Part shown: positions 31,033 to 40,822 of the stretch, piece by piece | How the letters are laid out: the number at the start of each line of letters is the position of its first letter | Numbering within the stretch: position 1 is the first letter of the stretch | IMG/VR virus record: IMGVR_UViG_3300009128_000002 | Source of the DNA: a virus | Strand: one strand, 5' to 3' | DNA: 64,000 nucleotides | Translations under genes and position numbers: made by a program | Notes under the pieces: generated by a model | What the model saw: the letters and a program-made list of their open reading frames with translations, nothing else | What the model was told of the DNA's origin: nothing | Database searches by the model: none

Positions 31033-31895
31033 AAAATATTATAGTAACAGGTGGAGCAGGGTTTATTGGTAGTAGGGTTATTAAAAAACTCAATGATAGT
31101 GGGGTGACTAACATTATTTTAGTTGATGACCTAACAGACGGAACTAAAATTAATAATATTAAAGATCTTCAGATTAGTGATTATATTGATAAAGAAAATT
31201 TTATTGAAATTTTATCAATATTAGCAGAAAACGACATGGTTTCAGAAATATACCATTTTGGTGCTGAGTCATCAACAACTTGCAATGATGGTAAATACTT
31301 AATGTCTAACAACTATCAATTTACTTGCAATATAATGAATATATGTGCTAAACATAAAATTAATTTATTATATGCATCATCGGCATCTGTTTATGGAAGT
31401 GAAGAAGAATATTTCCATGATGAAAAAGACAACTACCAACCAAACAATATGTACGGTTTTTCAAAACTACAGGCAGATAAATATGCAAGACCTTTAATGA
31501 AGAAATGTAAAATGATTGGTCTTAGGTATTTTAATGTTTATTCTGATGGTGAATTCGAAACACATAAAGTTGGTATGAAATCACCAACTGCTTGGATGAA
31601 AGAACAATATGTGTCTACTGGTAAAATTAAATTATTCAAGGGTTCTGATGATTATAAACGTGATTTTATTCATATAGACGAAGCAGTTGATAAAACAATA
31701 CATTTAATGGAAATATGTAAAAGTGGTGTATATAATATTGGTACTGGCGAAGCAAGATCTTTCCTTCAATTAGCAAAAGATGAAATTGGCGTCAGTGATA
31801 GTGATATTGAATATATTAATATGCCAGATGAACTGCAACAACACTATCAAAAATACACCAAGGCAAATATGTCGTCATATGAACAAATCATATGA
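31029..31895 (+). CDS. hldD: ADP-L-glycero-D-manno-heptose 6-epimerase
   Basis: IIVTGGAGFIGS, VDDLTDGTK, YASSASVYG, YGFSK, GLRYFNVY, RDFIH, YQKYTKA. Confidence 0.88.
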   Translation: MKNIIVTGGAGFIGSRVIKKLNDSGVTNIILVDDLTDGTKINNIKDLQISDYIDKENFIEILSILAENDMVSEIYHFGAESSTTCNDGKYLMSNNYQFTCNIMNICAKHKINLLYASSASVYGSEEEYFHDEKDNYQPNNMYGFSKLQADKYARPLMKKCKMIGLRYFNVYSDGEFETHKVGMKSPTAWMKEQYVSTGKIKLFKGSDDYKRDFIHIDEAVDKTIHLMEICKSGVYNIGTGEARSFLQLAKDEIGVSDSDIEYINMPDELQQHYQKYTKANMSSYEQII

Positions 31896-32247
31896 CCTGA
31901 CTATCGCCAGGTCTAATACGATAGTTATCGGATGATTCGTCTTTACTAGATGATTCCATAACTATCGTATTATCTTCTAAACAAGTTACTTGATGTGGTT
32001 TCATAGGTGGAATAGTTATTACATAACCTTTTTCCATTATAGTTACGTGTGTTGAAGAATCTGACATATCCATAAATTCAATCTGTATTTTCCCTTCCAT
32101 AATGACCCACGTTTCGGTTTTATTTTTATGGAAATGCATTGATGATTTATGACCTTTCTTGTAGAAGTGCAGTTCCTTCATACAATATTGCTCATTACTT
32201 TCATGTATCAGTTCGTGTCCCCAACCCTTTTGAATTCTAGTCGACAT
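31888..32247 (-). CDS. Cupin-domain protein (sugar-phosphate isomerase-like)
   Basis: KGWGHE, SMHFHKNKTETW, IPPMKPH, DNYRIRPGDSQ. Confidence 0.75.
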   Translation of the reverse strand: MSTRIQKGWGHELIHESNEQYCMKELHFYKKGHKSSMHFHKNKTETWVIMEGKIQIEFMDMSDSSTHVTIMEKGYVITIPPMKPHQVTCLEDNTIVMESSSKDESSDNYRIRPGDSQVI

Positions 32248-33484
32248 CTTTAATCCTCTTAATCACATTTGTTGTACTCTTTCCTTCTAACGTTGGAAAT
32301 ATAACAACTTCATCTACAATATCAGCACCTACAACAGTTTCAACTGTGTAGTCACCACCTTTCACTATCACGTTTGGTTTGATTTTTTTAATCAACTCAA
32401 TTGGTGTGTCGTCATCAAAAATAACAACTTCATCGACACCATCAATTGCTTCTAAAATAAGTTTTCTATCTTCCTCATTGTTAATAGGGTTTCGTTTAAT
32501 ACGCTCTACCGACTTATCACTGTTAATACCAACAATTAACCTATCTCCCAATTTAGCAGATTCCTTTAATAAGGCAATATGACCACTATGTATAATGTCG
32601 AAACAACCGTTAGTAAACACAACCTTTTCAATAACATCTTCATATTTCGGAACAGCAGTACCAACTTTACCTACTACTACACCAGCCGCTTTGGTTGCCT
32701 TTCTCATAGCAGTTTCAACACCTTCGTGTAAGAAAGAAGCAAACGTTGCTATAACAGTATCACCTGCTCCTGTAACATCATATACTTCTTTTGCTTCAGA
32801 GTTTAATTTAATATGATTATCCTTATCTACCCATACCATTCCCTCAGCACCAAGGGTAACCAATATACCCTTTAAGTCTAAAAGAAAAACCACATCACGT
32901 GCTAATTCTATACTAAATTCACCATACACTTCTTCAAACTCTTTCTTATTTGGTGTTAAGCAATAAGCACCTTTGTATTTTATCCAATCAGTACCTTTAG
33001 GGTCAATAATAACTGGACAAGAAAAATCCATTAAATAGTCTAAATACTCACCACATATAGTACCTTTATTATAGTCAGAAACGATAATAACATCAGGTTG
33101 ATAATCTATTGTGTTATTTTGTGGATATTCCACATTACCGTGATCAATACGTACTAATTGGTTTTTGTCCGACATAATTCTAATTTTAGTAATAGTCTTA
33201 TTTTCATAAGAATATCTAAAGTTATATTTAACGTCATTTTCTGTTAATTTATGTGTTAGGATCATAGAGCCTTTATCATACCCCACACACCCATATAACC
33301 TTGTATCGGGGGTAAATACCTTTGTGGCAAGTGCAACGTTGGCTGCACCACCAAGTCTATGAGAAACCGATATATCGTCCACTACTGGAACAGGTGCTTC
33401 TGGTGATATCCGTGTGCAACTGCCATTCCAGTATTCGTCCACCATTACATCACCAATAACTATAATTTTCTTTTCATTCATCAC
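32237..33484 (-). CDS. hldE: Bifunctional heptose-7-phosphate kinase / heptose-1-phosphate adenylyltransferase
   Basis: RISPEAPVPV, GGAANVA, SDYNKG, DPKG, DVTGAGDT (PfkB kinase); FTNGCFDIIHSGH, KGGDY, GKSTT (nucleotidyltransferase). Confidence 0.93.
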   Translation of the reverse strand: MMNEKKIIVIGDVMVDEYWNGSCTRISPEAPVPVVDDISVSHRLGGAANVALATKVFTPDTRLYGCVGYDKGSMILTHKLTENDVKYNFRYSYENKTITKIRIMSDKNQLVRIDHGNVEYPQNNTIDYQPDVIIVSDYNKGTICGEYLDYLMDFSCPVIIDPKGTDWIKYKGAYCLTPNKKEFEEVYGEFSIELARDVVFLLDLKGILVTLGAEGMVWVDKDNHIKLNSEAKEVYDVTGAGDTVIATFASFLHEGVETAMRKATKAAGVVVGKVGTAVPKYEDVIEKVVFTNGCFDIIHSGHIALLKESAKLGDRLIVGINSDKSVERIKRNPINNEEDRKLILEAIDGVDEVVIFDDDTPIELIKKIKPNVIVKGGDYTVETVVGADIVDEVVIFPTLEGKSTTNVIKRIKDVD

Positions 33485-33499
33485 TAACTATCCATTTTA

Positions 33500-33507
33500 T
33501 ATAAATA
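33500..33507 (+). promoter_or_regulatory. T4-type late promoter
   Basis: TATAAATA upstream of the 33555 ORF. Confidence 0.7.
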
Positions 33508-33554
33508 TACCAATTACGTTAATATGTATAACGACAATATAACAAGGAAACCCT

Positions 33555-33809
33555 ATGGAAGATAAAGAAATTAGGGACTCGATTGATATTATGAAAGAAC
33601 GAATTACTAGACTTGAGGAGCAAATGAAAACTGTCTATAATAAGACAGAGGTCATTGAGGGTAAGGTAGATAAGTTACTTGAGCAGAGTTCATCACAAAA
33701 TGTCGATATCGCAACCAATCAAATACAGATTGGTAATGGTGAACGATTCTTTTGGTTAGTGGCATCTGCTGTTATTGGTTTAGTAATATATTGGATAAAG
33801 GGTGGATGA
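33555..33809 (+). CDS. Small coiled-coil protein with C-terminal TM helix (XhlA/holin-like architecture)
   Basis: ERITRLEEQ coiled coil, then FFWLVASAVIGLVIYWI. Confidence 0.55.
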   Translation: MEDKEIRDSIDIMKERITRLEEQMKTVYNKTEVIEGKVDKLLEQSSSQNVDIATNQIQIGNGERFFWLVASAVIGLVIYWIKGG

Positions 33810-34167
33810 TGGTATGATTAGTTTTTTATTTGATTTAGAGATGCTTTTGGCAATACTAGGTGCTACACTTGGTATTGGTGGATTTTTATTTGCTCTAAAA
33901 CATCGAAAGTTTTATTCAGTTTATGCTCGTTCGTCAATACTACTAGGTGGTATTAGTTCGACACTTCATTCATACAATTTCGAGTTCATCAGACAAATAT
34001 TAGAACCGACAGATTTTGCTATTGCTTGTGTATTGATACAAGGTATGTTTAGTTTGTCTATTCTTGCATTCACATATACTATTTTACGTTTTAAGTGGAA
34101 GTGGCAAGTTGATGTAGAATCGCATTGCGACTATCAACATTGTAATCTAAAAAGGACTAATAAATAG
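33802..34167 (+). CDS. Small membrane protein, about 3 TM segments (start may be ATG 33814)
   Basis: Three hydrophobic stretches; overlaps the previous gene. Confidence 0.55.
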   Translation: MDDGMISFLFDLEMLLAILGATLGIGGFLFALKHRKFYSVYARSSILLGGISSTLHSYNFEFIRQILEPTDFAIACVLIQGMFSLSILAFTYTILRFKWKWQVDVESHCDYQHCNLKRTNK

Positions 34168-34186
34168 TTAATATAAGAGAAGAATT

Positions 34187-35065
34187 ATGGCAAAGTTACA
34201 ATCAGCAACAGAATTAAAAGAATACGCATATCGTAGATTGGGTTATCCAAAGGTAGAAATACAAGTGGACGACACTCAAGCATATGACCGTATTGACGAT
34301 GCTATTCAATTATTCGTTGAACGACATTTCGATGGTGTTGAAGAAAAGTTTATTACAATTAGGTTTGTTGCTACAGATGAAGCAAACCAATACTTAACAT
34401 TAGATGATGGTATTGTTGCAGTTACACGTATTTATGAGCCTGGTGCATATTCTTCTGAAGCGATGAATGATGTTCGTTATAGAATTATGATGGATCAGAT
34501 GTTTGATATGACTAAAGTCAATATGCAATATTTTGAAATGACTATGCAACATTTAGATCTTATTTCTGATTACTTCAACCCAGACCGTACATTCACTTAC
34601 AATAAAGCAAATAATCGTTTATACTCTCATTCTGGAACTATTCTAGGTCCATCATGTAATGTTAAAGGTGTTTGTTCAGATACTTCTTACACAGACGAAA
34701 CTGCTTGTACAGGTGCTTCTGAAACTTGGACAGCATACGACACAGAATCTAAATGTACTACTGCTGGAAGCAAATGGTACAATGGTAGTAGAATTATTGT
34801 TAGGGCATTTGTTGCAGTTGAACCAGATGAATCTACATCATACGCACTTGACGTATATAACGACGAATGGATTAAAAAATATGTGACTGCATTACTTAAA
34901 AAGCAATGGGGTTCTAATATGAAGCAATTTGATGGTATGCCATTGCCTGGTGGAATTGTTGTAAATGGTCAACAGTTATTTGATGAAGCAAATGAAGAAA
35001 TTCAAAGATTAGAAGAAGAATTCTCATTGAATTACGAAATACCAACTAACTTTCTTGTAGGTTAA
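34187..35065 (+). CDS. gp13: Neck protein gp13 (with a Cys-rich insertion)
   Basis: LKEYAYRRLGYP, RHFDG, WIKKYVTALLKKQWGSNMKQFDG..LPGG. Confidence 0.92.
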   Translation: MAKLQSATELKEYAYRRLGYPKVEIQVDDTQAYDRIDDAIQLFVERHFDGVEEKFITIRFVATDEANQYLTLDDGIVAVTRIYEPGAYSSEAMNDVRYRIMMDQMFDMTKVNMQYFEMTMQHLDLISDYFNPDRTFTYNKANNRLYSHSGTILGPSCNVKGVCSDTSYTDETACTGASETWTAYDTESKCTTAGSKWYNGSRIIVRAFVAVEPDESTSYALDVYNDEWIKKYVTALLKKQWGSNMKQFDGMPLPGGIVVNGQQLFDEANEEIQRLEEEFSLNYEIPTNFLVG

Positions 35066-35069
35066 TATA

Positions 35070-35681
35070 ATGGGTATGTTCGACAATATGTCAAAATCAC
35101 CAATGATTAAATCAATGGTGGAAGAAATAGTACAAGTTATTGGGTTTGAAGCCAAGTACCTACCACGTAAGTACAAAAACTTAGATCCTATTTTTGGTGA
35201 GGATCCAACTTCACATTTTGATACTGTATGGACATTAAATATTCTTGTAGATGAATACCAAGATTATGGTGATATTGGTGACTTCTATTCAAAGTTTGGA
35301 GTACAAGTAACCGATGAAATGAAGGTATCTTTCACAAAGAAAGAGTTTGCAGAAGAAACAGTTTCTACAGATGATGATACACCAATTGCAGGTGATTTAT
35401 TATATTTTGGTGACCTAGAAGCATTATTTGAAGTAACGTTTGTTGGTAACGATTCTTCTTTTTACCCAACTCCCGATGGTCCACAACACGTTTGGCAAGT
35501 TAATCTTAAACCTTGGGAATATGACCACGAAAGTATTGATGTTACAGATACAGAAATTGAAGGTCTTGAAGCAGATATTCAAACTTCATTAAATAATGAA
35601 CTTAATACCCCTGATTGGGATTTAGAAGATGACGACGTTCTTAATTTTGAAGAAATGAACCCATTTGGAACAATAGGATAA
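35070..35681 (+). CDS. gp14: Neck protein gp14
   Basis: YLPR, FGED, SKFG, P.AGDLLY, LFEVTFV, NPFG; synteny. Confidence 0.88.
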   Translation: MGMFDNMSKSPMIKSMVEEIVQVIGFEAKYLPRKYKNLDPIFGEDPTSHFDTVWTLNILVDEYQDYGDIGDFYSKFGVQVTDEMKVSFTKKEFAEETVSTDDDTPIAGDLLYFGDLEALFEVTFVGNDSSFYPTPDGPQHVWQVNLKPWEYDHESIDVTDTEIEGLEADIQTSLNNELNTPDWDLEDDDVLNFEEMNPFGTIG

Positions 35682-35685
35682 TATT

Positions 35686-36501
35686 ATGTTTGGTACTACT
35701 TTTTATCACGGTTCTACTCGTAAACTTATTGTTGCTTTTGCTTCAGTATTTAATAATATTCACGTCCAAAGAAAAGAATCAGATGGTACTTTAATTAAAG
35801 ATATTAAAGTTCCTATTGCATATGAATCACAAAAGAAATATCTTGCTAGATTAATTAAAGATACCAAAAAGAATCGTCAAGTTCCACGTATGGGATTTAT
35901 TATGAATGGTGTTGAAATTGATTTAACACGTGCCGGTAATCAAATGAATGAATATCGTTATGACCATGAAGATTCAGATAAAGCATACAAACACTTTTCT
36001 CCTATCCCATATAATTTTAACTTTACGTTAGATATTTACGTAGATTATATGGACGATGGTTTACAAATAATTGAACAAATATTACCTTATTTTCAACCAG
36101 ATTTTAATGTTGTTATTGAAGAAGTACCACAACTTAATGTAGAACGTGATGTTCCTATTGTACTTAGTGGTGTTACTATGACTGATGAATTTGAAGGTGA
36201 TTTCGGTGAACATCGTATTGTAAATTGGACATTAGATTTTGTAATGAAGGGTAATATGTATCCACCTATTACAGATGGTAAAATTATTAAAGAAATCATT
36301 GCAAACTACAAACTTGCAGGTGATGATGGTGATTTTGATTTGACAAATGCACCAATTATGGAACAAGTTAAAGAATCAGTTGATCCATTAACTGCTGGTG
36401 TAAATGACGTCTGGACAACTAAAGTTGAAGTTGGTCATCCAGATAACCCAGACGATTCTACAGATACAGACACAGTGACCGAAGTTAATTGGCCTGTTTA
36501 A
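35686..36501 (+). CDS. gp15: Tail sheath stabiliser / tail terminator gp15
   Basis: MFGTTFYH..RK, VPIAY, PRMGF, QIIEQILPYFQP. Confidence 0.92.
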   Translation: MFGTTFYHGSTRKLIVAFASVFNNIHVQRKESDGTLIKDIKVPIAYESQKKYLARLIKDTKKNRQVPRMGFIMNGVEIDLTRAGNQMNEYRYDHEDSDKAYKHFSPIPYNFNFTLDIYVDYMDDGLQIIEQILPYFQPDFNVVIEEVPQLNVERDVPIVLSGVTMTDEFEGDFGEHRIVNWTLDFVMKGNMYPPITDGKIIKEIIANYKLAGDDGDFDLTNAPIMEQVKESVDPLTAGVNDVWTTKVEVGHPDNPDDSTDTDTVTEVNWPV

Positions 36502-36516
36502 TTATGGAATTATATT

Positions 36517-36996
36517 ATGACAAAGAAAACCATTGCAGAAAAACTTGATGAGGAGTTAGGTTTAGCAGATGATATTATTGCTGAATTTGAACACCCAGAA
36601 ACCGTAGAAGTAACCGAAGTTGAAGTTTTAAGTTCAGGTAAGGAACGTGGTATTGCACCTAGAGTTGAAGTTAAGTCTAATGCAGATACAGGTGATTTGA
36701 ATGTCGATTATGAATATGCTAGAGATAATTTATACAATTTAGTCGAACGTGGAAACGAAGCACTAGAAGGTATTGTTAAGTTAGCAAAAGAAATGGAACA
36801 TCCAAGAGCATACGAAGTTGCTGGTGGATTAATAAAGACAGTAACAGATTCAACTATGGAGTTGATGAAAATACAGAAAGAATTACAGATTATGAAAGGG
36901 GAAAAACCAAGCGGTAATACGACCACTCATAATAATCTATATGTTGGTTCGACTGCCGATTTACAAGCAATGTTAAAGGGCAAAGATATAAAATGA
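36517..36996 (+). CDS. gp16: Terminase small subunit gp16
   Basis: DYEYARDNL, HPRAYEV, NNLYVGSTADLQ. Confidence 0.9.
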   Translation: MTKKTIAEKLDEELGLADDIIAEFEHPETVEVTEVEVLSSGKERGIAPRVEVKSNADTGDLNVDYEYARDNLYNLVERGNEALEGIVKLAKEMEHPRAYEVAGGLIKTVTDSTMELMKIQKELQIMKGEKPSGNTTTHNNLYVGSTADLQAMLKGKDIK

Positions 36997-37316
36997 CAAA
37001 TTTAAACCAACAAATTAAAAACGAAGTATTATATAAACATAGACGAGAAACACGATTACAATCATTAGGTATGGTTGTTGGTATCGCAGGTACAATGTTC
37101 ATTGCTATGAATATTATGGACGTTATAAAAGAAGTCAAAACATTACACGACAATCAAGATAAGATATTATCATTTGTACAAGAAAGAAAAGAAATGCCAG
37201 AAAAAGTGAGGAACTTTGCTAGACAAGAAATATTGAAACACGAAGCAGGTGATATGTCAAGATGGAAGAAAGTAAATAAAAGATTAGATGTATTAGAGGA
37301 TAAATATAATGAATGA
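36993..37316 (+). CDS. Hypothetical single-TM protein
   Basis: Overlaps gp16 stop; hydrophobic LGMVVGIAGTMFIAM. Confidence 0.6.
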   Translation: MTNLNQQIKNEVLYKHRRETRLQSLGMVVGIAGTMFIAMNIMDVIKEVKTLHDNQDKILSFVQERKEMPEKVRNFARQEILKHEAGDMSRWKKVNKRLDVLEDKYNE

Positions 37317-37506
37317 AAACCAAAAAGCAAAATTTATTAGTCAATGCGTCGCAATGTCCCCTTGTCCAAACCCAAATAACCACAAAATGAATAATGATTT
37401 TACTGGTTGTGAAATATGCAAACTATCTATTGAAGAATTACAAAAATGGGAGTCATATACTGACGAAGAACGTGAAGTTATTTGTAATGATATTTTAGAT
37501 AGGTAA
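37309..37506 (+). CDS. Small Cys-containing protein, DUF1289-like
   Basis: SPC...CEIC..S.EE...W..Y..EER pattern. Confidence 0.5.
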   Translation: MNENQKAKFISQCVAMSPCPNPNNHKMNNDFTGCEICKLSIEELQKWESYTDEEREVICNDILDR

Positions 37507-37530
37507 CTAAAATAAAGGTTAATTTATATT

Positions 37531-39120
37531 ATGGCAAAGACAATATATCTCGGTAATCCAAACCTTAAACGTCAAAACGTCGATATTGACTACACCGAAG
37601 AACAAATCAAAGAATATGTGAAGTGTAGGGACGACCCTATTTACTTTGTAAAGAACTACATTCATATTGTAAACCTTGATAAAGGTTTGATGAAATTTGA
37701 ATTGTATCCGTTCCAAGAAAAACTTATTAATACACTTTACGAATCACGTTTCACAATTGTTAAGTGTCCACGTCAGTCGGGTAAATCGCAAACATCACTT
37801 GCGTTTATGCTTCATTATGTTCTTTTCAATGACCAAAAGAATATTGCTATTCTTGCAAATAAATCAGCAACGTCACGTGAATTGCTTGGACGCCTTCAAA
37901 TGGCATATGAAAAATTGCCGATGTGGTTACAGCAAGGTGTGATGGAATGGAACAAAGGTTCTATTGAACTTGAAAACGGTTCTAGAATTATGGCCGGTTC
38001 TACATCATCCAGTTCAATTCGTGGTTATTCATTTAACTTGATTTTCCTTGATGAGTTTGCGTTCGTACAACAAAGTATGGCAGAAGATTTCTTCCGTTCA
38101 GTATATCCTACAATTTCTTCAGGTAAAGATTCTAAAGTAATCATTGTATCAACACCTAATGGTATGAACCATTTCTATAAAATGTGGATGGACGCTGTTG
38201 AAAAAAGAAACACATACAAAGCATTTGAAATTAATTACTGGGACGTTCCTGGCCGTGATGATAAATGGAGGGAAGAAACAATTCAAAACACGTCTGAAGA
38301 ACAATTTAAACAAGAATTTGAATGTGAATTCTTAGGTTCTGCAGGTACGTTAATTGCTCCTGCTAAATTACATTCTTTGGTGATGAAAGATCCTATCTAT
38401 ACGAAAGATGAATTAAAAGTTTATGAAGAAACTGTTGAAGGTAACTCTTATGTAATTGCTATTGATGTTGCTGAAGGTAGGGGTCAAGACTATTCAACAA
38501 TGAATATTATTGATGTTTCTAAATTACCATTTAAACAAGTTGCCACTTATAGGTCAAACGAAATTTCACCATTATTATTTCCACATTATATTATGACTAC
38601 TGCAGAGGCTTATAATAATGCTACTGTTATTATTGAATCAAATGGTCCTGGCGCTGAAGTTGCCAATATTCTTCATTATGATTTAGAATATGATAATACT
38701 ATTAATGAATCTGGTGTTCATAATAAACTTGGTCGTAAAATGACAAGTAGGGTTAAAGCAATTGGTTGTTCTAATTTGAAGGATTTAATCGAGCAAGATA
38801 AATTGATTATTAATGATATGAGTACAATTTCAGAATTATCAATGTTTATTGTTAAAGGAAAGTCTTGGGCCGCAGAAGGTAATGGACACGATGATATGGT
38901 AATGGGTCTTGTTATGTTTGGGTGGTTATCTACTCAACCAGAATTCAAAGAATTGACTGATATGGAACTACGTGTTCGTTTATATCAAACTAAAATTAAT
39001 CAAATCGAACAAGATTTAGCACCATTTGGTTTTATAGATGACGGAGGTACTGAAGAAGTTCTTGTAGAGGGGGGTGAGGTATGGACAACACAAGAAGAGT
39101 TTGGTAACATATTGTTTTAA
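37531..39120 (+). CDS. gp17: Terminase large subunit gp17
   Basis: YLGNPNLK, PRQSGKS Walker A, LDEFAF Walker B, STPNG, DVAEG, HDDMVM. Confidence 0.97.
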   Translation: MAKTIYLGNPNLKRQNVDIDYTEEQIKEYVKCRDDPIYFVKNYIHIVNLDKGLMKFELYPFQEKLINTLYESRFTIVKCPRQSGKSQTSLAFMLHYVLFNDQKNIAILANKSATSRELLGRLQMAYEKLPMWLQQGVMEWNKGSIELENGSRIMAGSTSSSSIRGYSFNLIFLDEFAFVQQSMAEDFFRSVYPTISSGKDSKVIIVSTPNGMNHFYKMWMDAVEKRNTYKAFEINYWDVPGRDDKWREETIQNTSEEQFKQEFECEFLGSAGTLIAPAKLHSLVMKDPIYTKDELKVYEETVEGNSYVIAIDVAEGRGQDYSTMNIIDVSKLPFKQVATYRSNEISPLLFPHYIMTTAEAYNNATVIIESNGPGAEVANILHYDLEYDNTINESGVHNKLGRKMTSRVKAIGCSNLKDLIEQDKLIINDMSTISELSMFIVKGKSWAAEGNGHDDMVMGLVMFGWLSTQPEFKELTDMELRVRLYQTKINQIEQDLAPFGFIDDGGTEEVLVEGGEVWTTQEEFGNILF

Positions 39121-39132
39121 AAACTCCTATTT

Positions 39133-39140
39133 TATAAATA
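39133..39140 (+). promoter_or_regulatory. T4-type late promoter
   Basis: TATAAATA upstream of gp18. Confidence 0.8.
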
Positions 39141-39199
39141 ATAGTATCGAAATAATAATGTTTCGACAAATTTATTTTATTTAATATAGGAGAATGACA

Positions 39200-40807
39200 A
39201 TGGGATTTCAATTAAGTCCAGGCGTTCAAACGAAAGAAATCGATTTGAGTACGTCTATCCCTGCAGTTGCTACTAGCCTTGGTGCTACAGTTGGTCGTTT
39301 CACTTGGGGCCCTTGCTTTGATGCAACTTTAGTGGTTTCAGAGAGCAATCTAATTAGTACCTTTGGTAAACCAGATGCAACTTCATACCCAGCGTTTTTA
39401 ACTTCTGCGGCTTTCTTATCTTATGCAAATTCACTACAAGTTGTACGTGTAGTTGATGCTACTGCTACAAATGCTAACGCATCTGGAACAGGTGTTTTGA
39501 TTAAGAATTCTGAAGATTTTGAAACACAAATGGATTCAGGTACATTAACAGAAGATTTTTATGCACGTTACCCAGGCGAATATGGTAACTCAATTACAGT
39601 TGAAACATCAGACGAAACTGGTTATGCCACTTGGTCATATGCTGGTGCATTTGATGTATCACCTAGTTCATCAAATGATGAAATGGCAATTGCTGTTTTA
39701 GTTGATGGTGAAGTTGCAGAAGCACATATCGTTTCTTTAACTGATGGTAATGTGAATGCAGACGGAAATAATATTTTCGTTGAAAAGGTTATTAACGATA
39801 CATCAAAGTTAATTTTAGCAGTTAGTAGCAACATCACTAATGGTGTAAATAGTGTTGTTTTTGCTGATGGTGTTGATACTGGTGTTGGTGAAGACGACTA
39901 CAAATTAGGTTGGGACGAGTTATCTAATGCTGATGATATAAACGTTTCTATCTTAATTGCTGGTGGTGTTTCTAATGAACCTAAAGCAGTATGTTATGCT
40001 GTTGAAAAGTATATGGTTGAACAAGTTGCAGAACAACGTAAAGATTGTATGGCGATGCTTTCGCCTGCTAAAGAAGACGTAGTAAATGTTGGTGGAGCAT
40101 CTAATGCTGTTGCAAACGTTATTGCTTCACGTAAAGATACATCGTTTAACGTTGCTTCATCTTACGGTTCTTTAGACGCAAACTACAAGTACACATATGA
40201 CAAGTATAATGATACTTATCGTTGGATTGGCTTTAGTGGTGATACTGCAGGTCTACTTGCATACACTGATGCAAATCGTGACGCTTGGTGGTCACCTGCT
40301 GGTCTAAACCGTGGTCAAATTAAAGGTGTAGTTAAGTTGGCATACAACCCATCTACTGCTCATCGTGACCAATTGTATATGCTTCCGAATGGTATTAACC
40401 CAATTGTTTCTTTCCCAGGCCAAGGTACTGTACTTTGGGGTGATAGAACTTTACTTACAAAACCTTCTGCATTTGATAGAATCAATGTTCGTAGATTGTT
40501 TATTGTACTTGAGAAAGCAATTGCAATTTCTGCTAAGTATTTCTTGTTTGAGTTTAATAACAAGTACACTCGTAGAAACTTCGTAAATATGGTAAACCCA
40601 TTCCTTGCAGGAATTAAGGGTAAACAAGGTATGTACGACTTTTATGTTCAATGTGACGAAACTAACAACACTCCTGAAGTTATCGATGGTAACCAGTTTG
40701 TTGCAAGTATGTTCATTAAACCATCAAAATCAATTAACTACATTACGTTGAATTTTGTTGCAACTAAAACTGGCGTTGACTTCTCTGAAGTTATCGGTCA
40801 GGTATAA
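39200..40807 (+). CDS. gp18: Tail sheath protein gp18
   Basis: LSPGVQTKEID, WWSPAG.NRG, FDRINVRRLF, SINYITLNF; RBS spacing favours ATG 39200. Confidence 0.97.
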   Translation: MGFQLSPGVQTKEIDLSTSIPAVATSLGATVGRFTWGPCFDATLVVSESNLISTFGKPDATSYPAFLTSAAFLSYANSLQVVRVVDATATNANASGTGVLIKNSEDFETQMDSGTLTEDFYARYPGEYGNSITVETSDETGYATWSYAGAFDVSPSSSNDEMAIAVLVDGEVAEAHIVSLTDGNVNADGNNIFVEKVINDTSKLILAVSSNITNGVNSVVFADGVDTGVGEDDYKLGWDELSNADDINVSILIAGGVSNEPKAVCYAVEKYMVEQVAEQRKDCMAMLSPAKEDVVNVGGASNAVANVIASRKDTSFNVASSYGSLDANYKYTYDKYNDTYRWIGFSGDTAGLLAYTDANRDAWWSPAGLNRGQIKGVVKLAYNPSTAHRDQLYMLPNGINPIVSFPGQGTVLWGDRTLLTKPSAFDRINVRRLFIVLEKAIAISAKYFLFEFNNKYTRRNFVNMVNPFLAGIKGKQGMYDFYVQCDETNNTPEVIDGNQFVASMFIKPSKSINYITLNFVATKTGVDFSEVIGQV

Positions 40808-40822
40808 TATAGGAGAATTGAA

